From Octopus sinensis (taxonomy: Eukaryota): a stretch of DNA of 64,000 nt. Where the stretch lies: positions 24,738,001 to 24,802,000 of the forward strand of contig NC_043016.1 in assembly GCF_006345805.1 (NCBI RefSeq), given 5' to 3'. A model generated the notes under the pieces. The model had not been told where the DNA came from. It worked only from the letters and a program-made list of their open reading frames with translations, and did not search any database. Below, piece by piece: positions 39,900 through 52,067 of this stretch (positions within the stretch are counted from its first letter, which is position 1; each line of letters begins with the position of its first letter). Made by a program: the position numbers and the translations under genes.

Positions 39900-41245
39900 A
39901 CACATTTTTCGTACAAAGTGTACGACTACTCTCTCTCTCTCTCTTAGTCTCGTCTTCTCCTTTACTATATCTGTTTATATTCGCCTTTTTTCTGTTTGTA
40001 CACTGTACGACGGTTCTGCCTCTCTTTTTCTCTTTGTAAGTCTCGCCTTTACTATATAACACATATAGTAGGGGAGAAGGCATGATTGTTAGAAAGTAGT
40101 TTTGACTTCTCCTTCATTCTACGTGGTATCACCCGCCTCTTTTCGTTTGTACGCTATATGCATGAGTGCTGTGTCTCTATCTTTAACACACTTATCTTTT
40201 ACTCTATCTATTATAGCTCGCCTTTTTTTCTTCGTTTGTACACTATGTGTACGACTGCGGTCTCCCTCTCTCGCCCTTTTTCCTTCTGTATAACAGTCTT
40301 AGTTTCTCCCTTATAAAACACCTTTTTCGTTTGTTCAGTTCACATGTACGACTGCTCTTTCTTGCTCTCTCTCTCTCTCTCATTCTGTGTGTGTAACAGT
40401 CGTTTCCTTCCTTACCACGTTATTATTTACCTTTTCGTTTGTACGCTGTACCTACGTCTGCTCTCTTTGTAACAGACTTGCTTTCTCCATTATTAACTCT
40501 TGCCTTTTTCTTTTGAATACGACATATGATTGCTTCCCCCCCTCTCTCTCTCTCTGTATAACAGAGTCGTTTCCTTCCTTACTATGTTAATTATCATTTG
40601 CCTTTTCGTTTGTACGCTGTACGTGCGACTGCTCTCTTTATAATAGACTTGCCTTCTCCATTATTAACGCCTTTTTCGTTTGTACACTGTATACGCTTAT
40701 TCTTTCTCTTTCTCTCTCGCTGTCTCACACACTTTCTCTCACCCGTGCTCTCTGCGTAATAGACTTACTTCTTCCCTTACATAATTATCACTTGCCTTTT
40801 CTAATTGTATCCTGCGTGTACGACTGATTAACTTACACTACCCTTTCTCTCCAACAGATTCCTCTTCACCTTTTCACTTGTACACTTTGAACGAACGCCT
40901 GCTCATACCTACTCTAACGTACTCGCCTTATTTCACTATATCTACATTTCCCTTTGGAAATCCATAAAAAGAGAGAAATCTTATACTGTTCAGAACTGTC
41001 CTCTTTTATACATTTGGCTCTTTTACGTAAGGAGTCTATATAGACTCTATACGGTTTTTCTCGTTTGTGCAGAATCCTTGCTTACACCTCTAATGTACTC
41101 GCCTTTATTTAATAATATCTACACTTTCCATTTGGACATTTTCTTACGCAAATCTATTGAAATAGGAGCACGACTACCCTCTCTTTTATCGATTTGGCAC
41201 TCTTACGAGTTCGTTTGTACTCTTTGTACGCGTGTACAACTGCCT
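39900..41245. repeat. Degenerate minisatellite-like array of about 13 copies of GCCTTTTTCGTTTGTACRCTGTACGACTGC with (CT)n-rich spacers
   Basis: Motif starts at about 39906, 39982, 40133, 40219, 40320, 40430, 40502, 40600, 40669, 40794, 40869, 41053 and 41208. Confidence 0.8.
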
Positions 41246-42222
41246 GCTTACTCCTCAGTTTTTTTTCTACTGGACTTGCATCTCTTTCTAAATCTATTCC
41301 ATTGTCTATCAAATCCTTTTAGACTTGTTTGCTGGTTTCATCTCTTCGTTTCCTACCTAATCTGTTCACATCACATAAAAGTTGCATTCCCCAACCCTTC
41401 CTTCCGCCTATATCATATTCTTTTACTTAATCTTTATCTTTCTCCTTTGTTTTTCCCTCTCCTCCCTCCCGTTACGCTTTCTTGTGTTTTCTTCTCACTC
41501 TTTGTCTCTTTATAATCTCTTTTTTTTTTTTTTTTTCGCTTTTTGCCTGTCACACCTCCACTGCTAACTCTGCCTTTTACTTTCTACCTTTCTTTCTCAC
41601 TCTCTGTTTCCAACCTATCTCTCTTTTCCATGGCCCTATCTCCCCACTTTCTGTCTTTGTTTTTCTCTTTCTTTCTCTCTCTCTTTCTTATTGTGAATGT
41701 TCTCTCTATCTATATGATAGATAACGAGGTTATAGTAATAGGAAAGTGTAGGTCTTTCGATTTAATCACATTGGCGAGCGTGAGAGAGATAGAGAGTAGT
41801 AGCAGTAATAGTTATAAAGAGAGGCCTAAATTAGATATAAGTTTTTGCCGCCGGCCGTGATGATACTTATTAGTGACAGACAAGGGAAAAGGTGGAAAGG
41901 TGTGGCGGTACATTCATAAAAACAAAAACGATTAATGTGATAAGTCTTGTTAGTTTTTTTATTCTATTTCTTTTTATCTCAGGTGGAAAAAAATAAAACA
42001 TTTGAAAAATAGATTTAAACCATGTTAAACGTTGGAGTATGAAAACAATACTCAGTTCTATTAGAAAAGTAAAGTGAAAAAATTAAGTTAATTTCTTGCG
42101 AAGCCCAAATACATGTACACTTCTAAATCTTTTTTATTACATGAGTTTCATGTAATGAGTCATAAATAGATAGATAGGTAGGTACGTAGGTATACATATA
42201 TGTGCGTGTATATGTACATACA

Positions 42223-42278
<56 letters not shown>

Positions 42279-42439
42279 CAGGTGAGCACATAAGTGCAAA
42301 AGAAGGTGGAAAAAATAGTACTCGAATACCAAAGGTAGAGTAATATACTTTTATTATAGCTGCAAAATTATCACAAAAGCTATTACTCAGAGTAAGTTTT
42401 TGTGTTAGTTTTGCAGCTTTAATAAAAGTATATATATAT

Positions 42440-42565
42440 ACGAGGTGGTATCAAAAAGTTCCCAAACTAGTTCTGTAGCGCACCAACAGATGGCAGCACA
42501 CGGTTGCATGTGCAATGAAAGCTATAAGTGACCTTCATGAGGCAATGTAATGAGTGGCATCACTG
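42440..42565 (+). mobile_element. Tc1/mariner-like terminal fragment
   Basis: TA followed by cgaggtggtatcaaaaagttccc, resembling mariner TIRs. The other end is not seen. Confidence 0.45.
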
Positions 42566-42600
42566 TGTGTGTGTGTATGTATATATATATATAAAAAAAA

Positions 42601-42833
42601 AGGTTGGCGAGCTAGCAGAAACGTTAGCACGCCAGGCAAAATGCTTAGTGATATTTCGTCTGCCGTTACGTTCTGAGTTCAAACTATGCCAAGGTTGACT
42701 TTGCCTTTCATCCTTTCGGGGTTGATAAATTAAGTACCAGTTATGCACTGGGGTCGATGTAATCGACTTAATTCCTTTGTCTGTCCTTGTTTGTCCCCTC
42801 TATGCTTAGCCTCTTGTGGGCAATAAAGAAATA
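42601..42833 (+). mobile_element. SINE family A, full length
   Basis: Same consensus as 9669-9899. Confidence 0.9.
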
Positions 42834-42860
42834 TATATATGTATATATATGCATATATAT

Positions 42861-43865
42861 AAAATCAAAATAAGCAACAAGGATATCCAGAGGTAATTCA
42901 GTACAATTGTTTCACGCAACTCCATTTAATTGAACAATGCAACTATTACGTCAATGCAACTATTACATTACATATATATATATATATATATCATCATCAT
43001 CATTGTTTAACGTCTGCTTTCCATGCTAGCATGGGTTGGACGATTTGGCTGATGTCTGGTGAACCAGATGACTGCACCAGGCTACAATCTGATCTGGCAG
43101 AGTTTCTACAGCTGGATGCCCTTCTTAACGCCAACTATTCCGCGAGTGTAGTCGTTGCTCTTACATGCAACCAGCACAAGGGCCAGTCAGGCGGTACTGG
43201 CAATGGCCACGCTCAAATGGTGCTTTTTATGTGCTCCCTGCACAGGAGCTAGTCCAGCGGCACTGGCAATGACCTAGCTTGAATGTTTTTTCACGTGCCA
43301 CCAACACAAGTGCCATATATATATATATATGATTTCTTTTGAATGAAACAGTCCTAGTTCTGTAGAAGCTCCTTCTACAAAATAAATTAATTTACTCTGC
43401 TATGTATTGAGTACCTTATTTACTGTGGTTAACCCCAACTCAACCCGGGACCTACATATATATATATATATATATGTATGTATAGATGAGTTCAGCAAAA
43501 ATTTAGATTCAGATGAATATGGTACCTAAGTTGAGGCACCAGAATTTAGTATGGTATTATCCATACAATTTGAAAATAAGGTGATTAAAATCAAAATAAG
43601 CAGCAAGGATATCCAGAGGTAATTCAGTACAATCGTTTCACGCAACTCCATTTAATTGAACAATGCAACCATTACATCAATTTAAATGCAGAGCAATCCT
43701 CAGCTGCACAAAGACATAGAATTTAATTAAATTAAAACAAATGGACATATTAGTATAATTTTACTTAAAATCTCCAAGAAGTTAAGGAGATAGACAAAGA
43801 ACATTCTGCCTTCACTTCAGCTTAGAAGCTACTGAGCTGAATCTAAATTCTTGATGAATACATCT

Positions 43866-43902
<37 letters not shown>

Positions 43903-44280
43903 CCAGCATGGGAATAAGCAGTTAATAATAAATACAAAAGTGGCAAATCTTAGCCTTCCAAATGAAACCTGTCCCTCTTCTCTTCTACTTACATCCACAT
44001 GGTGCCTTCTCCAAGTGTGGGAGATATCTTTATTCCCCACCCTATACACGCACAGACACACACATGCACACGTACATACATATTGAAATTAATGAAGATC
44101 AGGAGAACGAAGCTTTGCACACTCAAGTTTTATTATACAGCTATTTAGATCGTTCCTCACTTAGACCTTCGCACATTTCTGCTGCAAGCCACTGCACACT
44201 GTTAAGTGTGCATCTTGGTGTTAGTTAGTGCAACTTCATCAGGGTTGTTTATTGCTGCTGTGTGGTTTGCACCTGATAAA
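42861..44280. mobile_element. Modular unclassified repeat (possibly Penelope-derived): modules separated by (AT)n, with an 89-bp direct repeat
   Basis: 42861-42949 and 43587-43675 are near-identical, with a family C insertion between them. There is no coding remnant. Confidence 0.5.
42990..43313 (-). mobile_element. Family C repeat (RTE 3' end)
   Basis: (GAT)n tail, family C core, and the same subrepeats as the 3' UTR at 25800-26050. Confidence 0.85.
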
Positions 44281-44505
44281 TATGTTTGAGGTATTTTTCA
44301 ACAAGTGAAACTATTAGTAGACATAAAACATGTACTGTGTCTATTAAATAATATTTATCACTCACCACATGGACTACTTTTTTTGTTCATCCTACCATAA
44401 TGAAACAGCACATTATATATATTTGAAAAAAAATTAATAGAAATAGCTTTTCTGATAATTTTCCCAATTTAATAATTAGGTGTTTATAAACATTTTCTTT
44501 AATAT

Positions 44506-47500
44506 TGTACCAAGGATTTTCTGTTTCTTGTTCTGCTATATACATATATGATATTTTATTATATTATATTACATTTTTTGTATAGTGAAACTGTATACCC
44601 CTCCCTGTAAAAAGTGGTAGGAGTCAGCCATTATAAATAGACCAGTTGCTGTTTGTCAGGAAGTGGGTTGAGAGTCGACAGTTCTAGTTGGTGTCTTGTG
44701 GGGCTATCAGCGATAGTAAGACTGAATAAGTTAATGTATTACTATTCTAGTATGAAGAGATACAATGGTAACCAATGGCTAGTGACTATTGTTGCTACTA
44801 GCATAAACAGCAACTACAGTACAACAGCAGTAGCACATCACACCAGTGGGAGGAACCCACTTTACAACAGTGGTGATGAGGAAAAACAAATTTACATGGA
44901 GTAAAGAAAAAAACAAGCACACCCATGCTAGCATGGAAAGCGGACGTTAAACGATGATAATGATGAAGCTGACAGCGAGTTTAAGCTAATTCATGTGGAA
45001 AATTAAATAACTTGACAAAAAAGAAACAAAAATCTTGTTGTGCAAACTTATGAAAATCGTAAAATATGGAAGACTTCTTAGCTGGGGTAGTTGAGTTGCA
45101 AAAAACAGCAACAATAACAAGTCAAGGAATGAGAACAACAACAAGGATTGCAACTGCAAATGTTACAACTAATGAAGTTGATGACCAAACCGGAGAATAC
45201 ATTTTCATGTGACCATATAGCAAATCCCATAAGCGAATTCAAATATGACCCCAAAGAAAAAGTAGCTTTCAAAGATTTGAACAAATTTTTGAAAAAGAAT
45301 GTCAGTACTGGACGGATGGAATGAAAATGCATCTAGTTTTAAGAAAACTAGCGACAGCAGGGCATTGCCAAAAAAAGCATCCAACATAAATTTCACCGAC
45401 ACATTTAGTGAAAAGAGCTCACTGTTTAATACTAGATGGAAATGTTTAAACATAGAAAAGAGCAAAGACGAAGACTTCACTACTCACACAAGCAGATTTG
45501 AGAGATTTAAGCTTACTCCATATTCTTTCAAGTGTTTGTTTTTTGCACAAGGATTGACAGATAGAAGGGATGCAGAAATCCGAACGAAAATTCTAACAAA
45601 ACTGGAAATGAACCAGGATTCAACATTGCAGAAACTGCCGGAAGAGTATGACATGATATTAAAATTAAGGCATGACATGGAAGAAATTCAACAGAAAGAG
45701 TTTCGCATGACCAGTGCAAAAAGGTCGGAAGATGAAGTGTTGCAGAAAAACTGAAAAAATATTGGGATGTAGATCCATGTATGGTATGTGGTGGGATGCA
45801 CCTGTAAAAAGATTGTCTGTATAAAAAAGCAAAGTGTTTTCACTGCTGGTTTACAGGACATATAAAATTGTACTGCTAAACTAGAATGATAGGAAAATAG
45901 AACAAACAAGAAAAAATAAATAGTTTGTCTGCAGGAAAAGTTGTGACTACAACAAACAGAAAATTCATGAATGTGAGAACTGAAACCACTAGTGTCAGAA
46001 TGCAATTAGACACAGGAAGTGACATCACAATCATAAATGAGAAAACATGGGAACAAATGGGTAAATCAAAATAATGAAATCCAAACAAAATAGTGTATGA
46101 TATTACAGGAAGAAAATTATATTTCACAAGGGAACGCATTAGTAATATAACATTCAAAGGTTGAACCAAAAAGTGAATGTTATGTGTTGAAAAAACCCAT
46201 GAATTTATCTGGCACCAAATGTATGGAGAAAATTTATGGGAAGCATATCCATAAGCATTTTGTGCAATAACGTAAACAGAGTGGTCAAACGATCAAATGA
46301 GGTTGATGGAAGCAATCAGATGATTCAATGATGTTGACGAACGGAGACAAAAAATGAAAGAAACTTTTCCAAAAGCAAGGATTGCTATCAAAGAAAATTC
46401 AGCACCTATTTTCAGGCCCAAACAGAATGTGCTGTTTGCAATAGTAGACCAGGTCAATAAAGAACTGGAAAGGTTGGAAAGCCTGAATATAATTGAAAAG
46501 CTTAACCATGCAGACTGGGCAGCACTGGCAGTCTGCTTAAAAAAAAAAAAATAAGCTAAGAATGTGTGCAGACTTCTCAACCGGATTAAATGACAGTTTA
46601 CTCACACACAATTACCTACTGTCAAGCCCAGAAGTATTTGCTAAACTAAATGGAGGGAAAAATTTCTCAAAGTTAGACCTCTCATAGGGGTACCTTCAAA
46701 TTCAGTTAGAGGAAGATTGCACACATCTACTAAAAATCAACACGCACTGTAGATTGTACAAGTTCAATGACTGATGTTTGGAGTAAAAGTGGCACCACCA
46801 TATTCCAACAAATAATGGATGCAATGTTAAGGCAATGTGACTTTGCCATTGCAAACCTCAATGACATTTTGATAAAGAGTGAATTTGGGTACAACACATG
46901 GAACACATAAAAAAGTATTCAAGAGAACAAGTGAATACAGGCTAAAACTGAGAGAAGAAAAATGTGAAATTTTGAAGGAAAAAATAAAATACCTAGATCA
47001 AGTAATCAACAAAAGAGGATGCAGACCAGACCCATCAAGGGTGATGGCAATACGGGACACGTCACTCCCGATGACCATGACACTGCTCCAACCATTTCTA
47101 GGATTGGTAAATTATTACCAAATGTATATCCCGAATATACATAAGGTAAAGGCACCACTTAATGAATTATTTTTAAATAATGCCAAATGGGTTTGGACAG
47201 AGAAATGCCAGAAAGCATTTAACAAGTTAAAAGATGTGTTAACTTCAGACTTGTATCTCATGCATTTTGATCCAAAAGTTAGAGGTAATACTAGCTACAG
47301 AGGCTAGCAAGTATGGGATAGGAGCTGTGCTCCTACACAAGGATAATGATGGCAGAAGAACAACCATAGCTCACATATCAAGGACATTAAGAGTCAACAG
47401 TTCTAGTTGGTGTCCTGTGGAGTTGTCAGCAGTAGTAAGTCAGAATACGTTAGTGTATTATTATTCCGGTATGAAGAGATACAGTATCTGATGACTAGTA

Positions 47501-47585
47501 ACTATTGTGGCGACTAGCATAAACAGCAACTACAGTAAAACAGCAGTCACACATCACACCTGTGGGAGGAAACCATTTTACAACA
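44506..47585 (+). mobile_element. Gypsy/Ty3 (K02A2.6-like) LTR retrotransposon, dead, with the integrase region deleted
   Basis: The 5' LTR ends TTACAACA at 44869, followed by PBS-like TGGTGATGAGGA (44871). Then come gag (DAEIRTKILTKLE), protease (QLDTGSDITII, ~46000), RT (MCADFSTGLND, FSKLDLS, LNDILI) and RNase H (LATEASKYGIGAVLL). A partial 3' LTR spans 47388-47585. The LTR start (44506 or 44606) and a possible 4-bp TSD ATAT are tentative. Confidence 0.92.
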
Positions 47586-47595
47586 ATATTATACT

Positions 47596-47824
47596 CTCTT
47601 TACTCTTTTACTCTTTTACTTGTTTCAGTAATGTGACTGTGGCCATGCTGGAGCACCACCTTTAGTCAGGCAAATTGACTCTAGGATTTATTCTTTGGAA
47701 GCCTAGTACTTATTCTATCGGTCTCTTTTGCCGAACCGCTAAGTTACAGGAGCATAAACACACCAGTATCGGTTGTCAAGCGATGTTGGGGGACAAACAC
47801 AGACACACAAACATACATACACAC

Positions 47825-47875
<51 letters not shown>

Positions 47876-48053
47876 CATACACATATATACGATGGGCTTC
47901 TTTTCAGTTTCCGTCTACCAAATCCAATCACAAGGCTTTGGTTGACCCGAGGCTATAGTAGAAGACACTTGCCCAAGGTGCCATGCAGTGGGACTGAACC
48001 CGGAACTATGTGGTCCGTAAGCAAGCTACTTACCACACAGCCACTCCTACACC
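47596..48053 (-). mobile_element. tRNA-derived SINE, family B (ccttgggcaagtgtcttctactatagcc CORE-like box), near full length
   Basis: Head ggttccgggttcagtcccactgc, an internal (AT)n spacer, and tail gaaacaagtaaaaga(gtaaaaga)n. Partial copies occur near 10.3, 12.9, 19.8, 23.4, 26.9, 32.6, 34.9, 48.9, 57.6, 58.0, 58.5, 62.7 and 63.8 kb. Confidence 0.85.
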
Positions 48054-48166
48054 TATATATACTTTATATATATCATTATATTTTATATGCATATATTATA
48101 TTTTTTAAATGTAGATATTGAAGATGTATGGCCTAGTGGTTAGGGTGTTGCACTCATGATTGTGAG

Positions 48167-48387
48167 CTGGCAGAAATGTTAGCACGCCAGGCGAAATGCT
48201 TAGCGGTATTTCATCTACCGTTACGTTCTGAGTTCAAATTCCGCTGAAGTCAACTTTGCCTTTTATCCTTTTGGTGTTGATGAATAAGTACCAGTTACAC
48301 ACAGGAGTCAATGTAATCGACTTAATCCCTTTGGCTGTCCTTGTTTGTCCCCTCTGTGTTCAGTCCCTTGTGGGCAATAAAGAAATA
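48167..48387 (+). mobile_element. SINE family A nested in the tRNA-like head of another SINE (48124-48680)
   Basis: 15-bp TSD ACTCATGATTGTGAG (48152-48166, 48388-48402). The host SINE head resumes after the insertion. Confidence 0.9.
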
Positions 48388-49123
48388 ACTCATGATTGTG
48401 AGATTGTGGTTTCAATTCCTAGACCAGGTGGTGTGTTGTGTTCTTGAGCAAAACTCTTCATCTTATGTTGATCCGTAACCACATTGACATCTCATGTGTG
48501 GTACACTATGCACTTCAACGTCAATGCATAGTGCACCTTTCAGTGGAAGTTGATGTGATGGAGGGAATGAGCTAATGTACAGCACATACATTTGATCATT
48601 ATAATTAAATCATTTGTGCAGGTTTTTCAGCAAAAGCTGAGCACTCATACATTGTCTTCAACAAGGGTGTCCATCATATATATGTATTATTATATTTTAT
48701 ATATAAATATATTACATTTTATATATATACTACTATATTTTATATATATATATATGATATTTTAATTACATATTTTATATTATATAAATATATATATTCT
48801 GTAAATATATGTATATATCTTCGTCTTACTTTTTCCTTTTTACATGTTTCAGTCATTAGACTGTGGCCATGCTAGGGCACCACCTTAAAGAATTCTTATT
48901 TTAATGAATCAATCCCAGTACTTATTTTTAAGCCTGGTACTTATTCTATCAGTCACTTTTGCTGAACTTTTAGGTTATGGGGGCATAAACAGACCATCAC
49001 CGGTTATCAAGTGGTTGTGGTTGATAAACACAGATGCAAGGATACACATACATACACACACTCATGCACATGTGCACACACACACACACACACATGCACA
49101 CACATACACACACACACAAATAA

Positions 49124-49175
<52 letters not shown>

Positions 49176-49589
49176 CTCAAAGTTTGTTTTCCTGCCATTT
49201 GATTAAGATGATAAAGATTACAAATAAAATAGTCATTTCTCCTTTAAGAAAAAGCAAATCAAGTTGAAAATGTCGAGTCATCGTCTGTCCATCTGTCCTT
49301 TTTTCTTTTCTTTTTTTTCTCCCCTTATTAATTTATACAACTTCTGGGGTGTTGTGGACTTGAAAGATAGAAATTCTCCGTATATTAATACAAGAAATTT
49401 TTTAATTACAGGTATGATTTTTTTTTTTTTTCTTAAAGGGGAAAATTGCTATTTTATTTAAAATGAAATATTACTCTTTATCATCTTAATCAAAAGGCAG
49501 AAAAACAGGCAGAGAGACTATCTCTTTATAGACGAAGATCAGTTTCAATGAGAGGAATTGGATCTCATAAGAATGGAAAAACAAACAAC

Positions 49590-50140
49590 AAACAACAAAC
49601 AGGTCGTACCTTGAAATTATTGCCTCAGTGAGGTCATTTAAGTACATCATCAAGTACACATTGAAAGGAAATGACCAAGCTGCTGTTCAAATAGACAATG
49701 ATAACGAAATAGTCAATATCTAATGGATAGGTATATTGAACCATCTGAAGCAGTTGCATCCATTTAAAGATTTTCAATTCATGAAAGAGCACCTGCAATA
49801 GTGAGACTGCAAGTTTATCTACCAGATGAACAGAGAATATTGCTCAGAAATAATGAGAATATATATGGTTGTCAATGAATGACATATGAGAACAACATTG
49901 ACAGAATTCTTTTCACAGTGCATCAATGATGATTTTGCAAAAACATTACTTTATGCTAAAGTACCCATGTATTTCCCTTGGAACAGTAGTAACAAAGAAT
50001 GGCAAAGAAGAAAGCGAGTAAAAAAGTTGAAGGCCATTTGAAGGTTTTCAAAGAAGAAATACTTGGTCATGTTTATGTTGTCACACCAAAGCTAGGAGAT
50101 ATGTATTATTTAAGAACTTTATTGCATGAAGTTCGAAATA
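49590..50140 (+). mobile_element. Helitron RepHel coding fragment (decayed)
   Basis: Translates across frameshifts to ASVRSFKYIIKYTLKG, YIEPSEAV, FSIHERAPAIVRLQVYLPDEQRI, LLYAKVPMYFPWN and LGHVYVVTPKLGDMYYLRTLLHEVR. This is the typical post-Rep region of Helitrons. Confidence 0.85.
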
Positions 50141-50474
50141 GTATTTTTTCCTTTCCCGCTGTGCATCAACATCCTCAAGATGGAGTGGTTGTGACCCAAT
50201 GGGTCACAGCAGGTACATCTTATGTATATATATATATATAAACATATATATGTGTGTGTGTGTATATAAATATGTACATATATATATATATAACCTATTT
50301 TTATTATCAAATTACAAGTGTGTTACTTGTTAAAGGACAAATAATTTTGGTAGTATACTGTTGCCATTATGGGTAATATCAGGAAATGACATGGAAATAC
50401 AAAATGATGAAATGAATACTAATCTTTAACATAAAAATATTTATTGCTTTAAAATAAAATTTCTCATTTGTATA

Positions 50475-50698
50475 GTGGCTGTCGCCAGCCTCGCCTGGCA
50501 CTTGTGCCTGTGGCACGTAAAAAACACCCACTACACTCATGGAGTGGTTGGCGTTAGGAAGGGCATCCAGCTGTAGAAACACTGCCAGATCAGATTGGTG
50601 CCTGGTGTAGCCTCCTGGCTTCCCAGACTCTGGTCGAACTGTCCAACCCATGCTAGCATGGAAAACGGACGTTAAACGATGATGATGATGACGATGAT
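50475..50698 (+). mobile_element. Family C repeat (RTE 3' end)
   Basis: Family C core and a (GAT)n tail ending at about 50698. Confidence 0.85.
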
Positions 50699-50703
50699 AA
50701 ACG

Positions 50704-50974
50704 ACATACGTAGGGGAAACGGCACAAATCATAGGAGAGCAGGTAAATGAACATTGGAGAGAAATTAAGGAAGGAAAGAGCTCATCAATTCTATACCAAC
50801 ACGCCGATCAGGGACATGGGGAATCAATCAACAACATAGAGGTTAAAAATCTTGTCCACACATAGAACAGATGCAACAATCAGACAAATTACGGAAGCTA
50901 CACACATAATAGAAGATAAACCTAGCCTGAATAGGAAACTGGAGTGGAACACTAGCACACACCACAACATATGA
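50704..50974 (+). mobile_element. Penelope-like element: GIY-YIG endonuclease C-terminal remnant
   Basis: TYVGETAQIIGEQVNEHWREIKEGKSSSILYQHAD...NIEVK, one frameshift, then ILSTHRTDATIRQITEATHIIEDKPSLNRKLEW...*. It shows the YVGET, EH, EA and KP.LN motifs of PLE GIY-YIG domains. Confidence 0.85.
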
Positions 50975-51408
50975 CAGAAGAGGATCCCCATAAACTGGTT
51001 GCAATATAAACAAATATAAATAACTATATAGGTTTTTTTTTAAATTTAAAAGATTACAAAAAAAAAATTTTTTTAATGTTTTATTATTATTATTATTGTT
51101 ATTACTAGTATTGTTATTATACATACATACAAGCATACGTAATAATAATAATAATGATAATAATAGTAATAATAAGTGGATGTAAACATAAACAAAATAA
51201 AAAAAAGAATAAGCAAAAACAAATTACACGAACATATATAAACAGAAGATACAAATATTACAGGCATTCCCCCACACACATATACACACTAACTAAACAT
51301 AGACGCACATAGAGATATATGCTTGCGCAAATGAAGACACATACAATAGAAATACAAAATGGCTGACGGTTAGTAAGGAGAGACACAAATAAGAAAGAAG
51401 AAAGCAAA

Positions 51409-51453
51409 GGACCACTGATGCGGTCACAGGAGTGTGACGAAAGAACTCTGGCC
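51409..51453 (+). ncRNA. Type I minimal hammerhead ribozyme (degenerate) in the Penelope pseudo-LTR
   Basis: GGACCA-CTGATGC-G-GTCACA(ggag)TGTGAC-GAAA-G(aa)C-TC-TGGCC. Core boxes, a perfect 6-bp stem II, a minimal stem III, a CUC cleavage triplet and a stem I with one bulge are all present. Core position A9 is C in this copy. Confidence 0.75.
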
Positions 51454-51639
51454 AAAATAAGATTAAGATTAATGTAAAAAATAAATAGCACTGAAGCAAA
51501 GTAACACCAAATATATAGTGCGTGTGTTTTTATTGGCTAAACTGGCAAAATGACCATTCCGAAATACAGCAATGTCTGTTTCAACACACGACTTCACATA
51601 AAAAATCTTGCACAACAAATATATAAACGTAATCATTTT

Positions 51640-51925
<286 letters not shown>

Positions 51926-52067
51926 ATCCTTAGCTGCAATATTTTAAGTAAAAATTTTCTTGTTCTGTACCTTATGGGATGTAATAACTTGCCCTGTACT
52001 TTTCCAGGTTTATACTCTTAAGAATATTAATTCTCTTGCTGGCATTTTTCCATGTAATATATATATA

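Noticed and set aside
39900-41245. CRISPR-like look of the repeat-spacer array
   Set aside because: The repeats are degenerate, the spacers are low-complexity, variable in length and related to each other, there are no cas genes, and the context is eukaryotic.
47488-47525. CTGATGA followed by a CTAGT/ACTAG stem in the Gypsy 3' LTR
   Set aside because: There is no GAAA box after the stem, and the 5' LTR copy lacks CTGATGA.
49395-49420. tttttaattacag|GTATGA on the + strand, resembling a recursive splice site
   Set aside because: There is no evidence of a plus-strand transcription unit, and it lies in TE-rich sequence.
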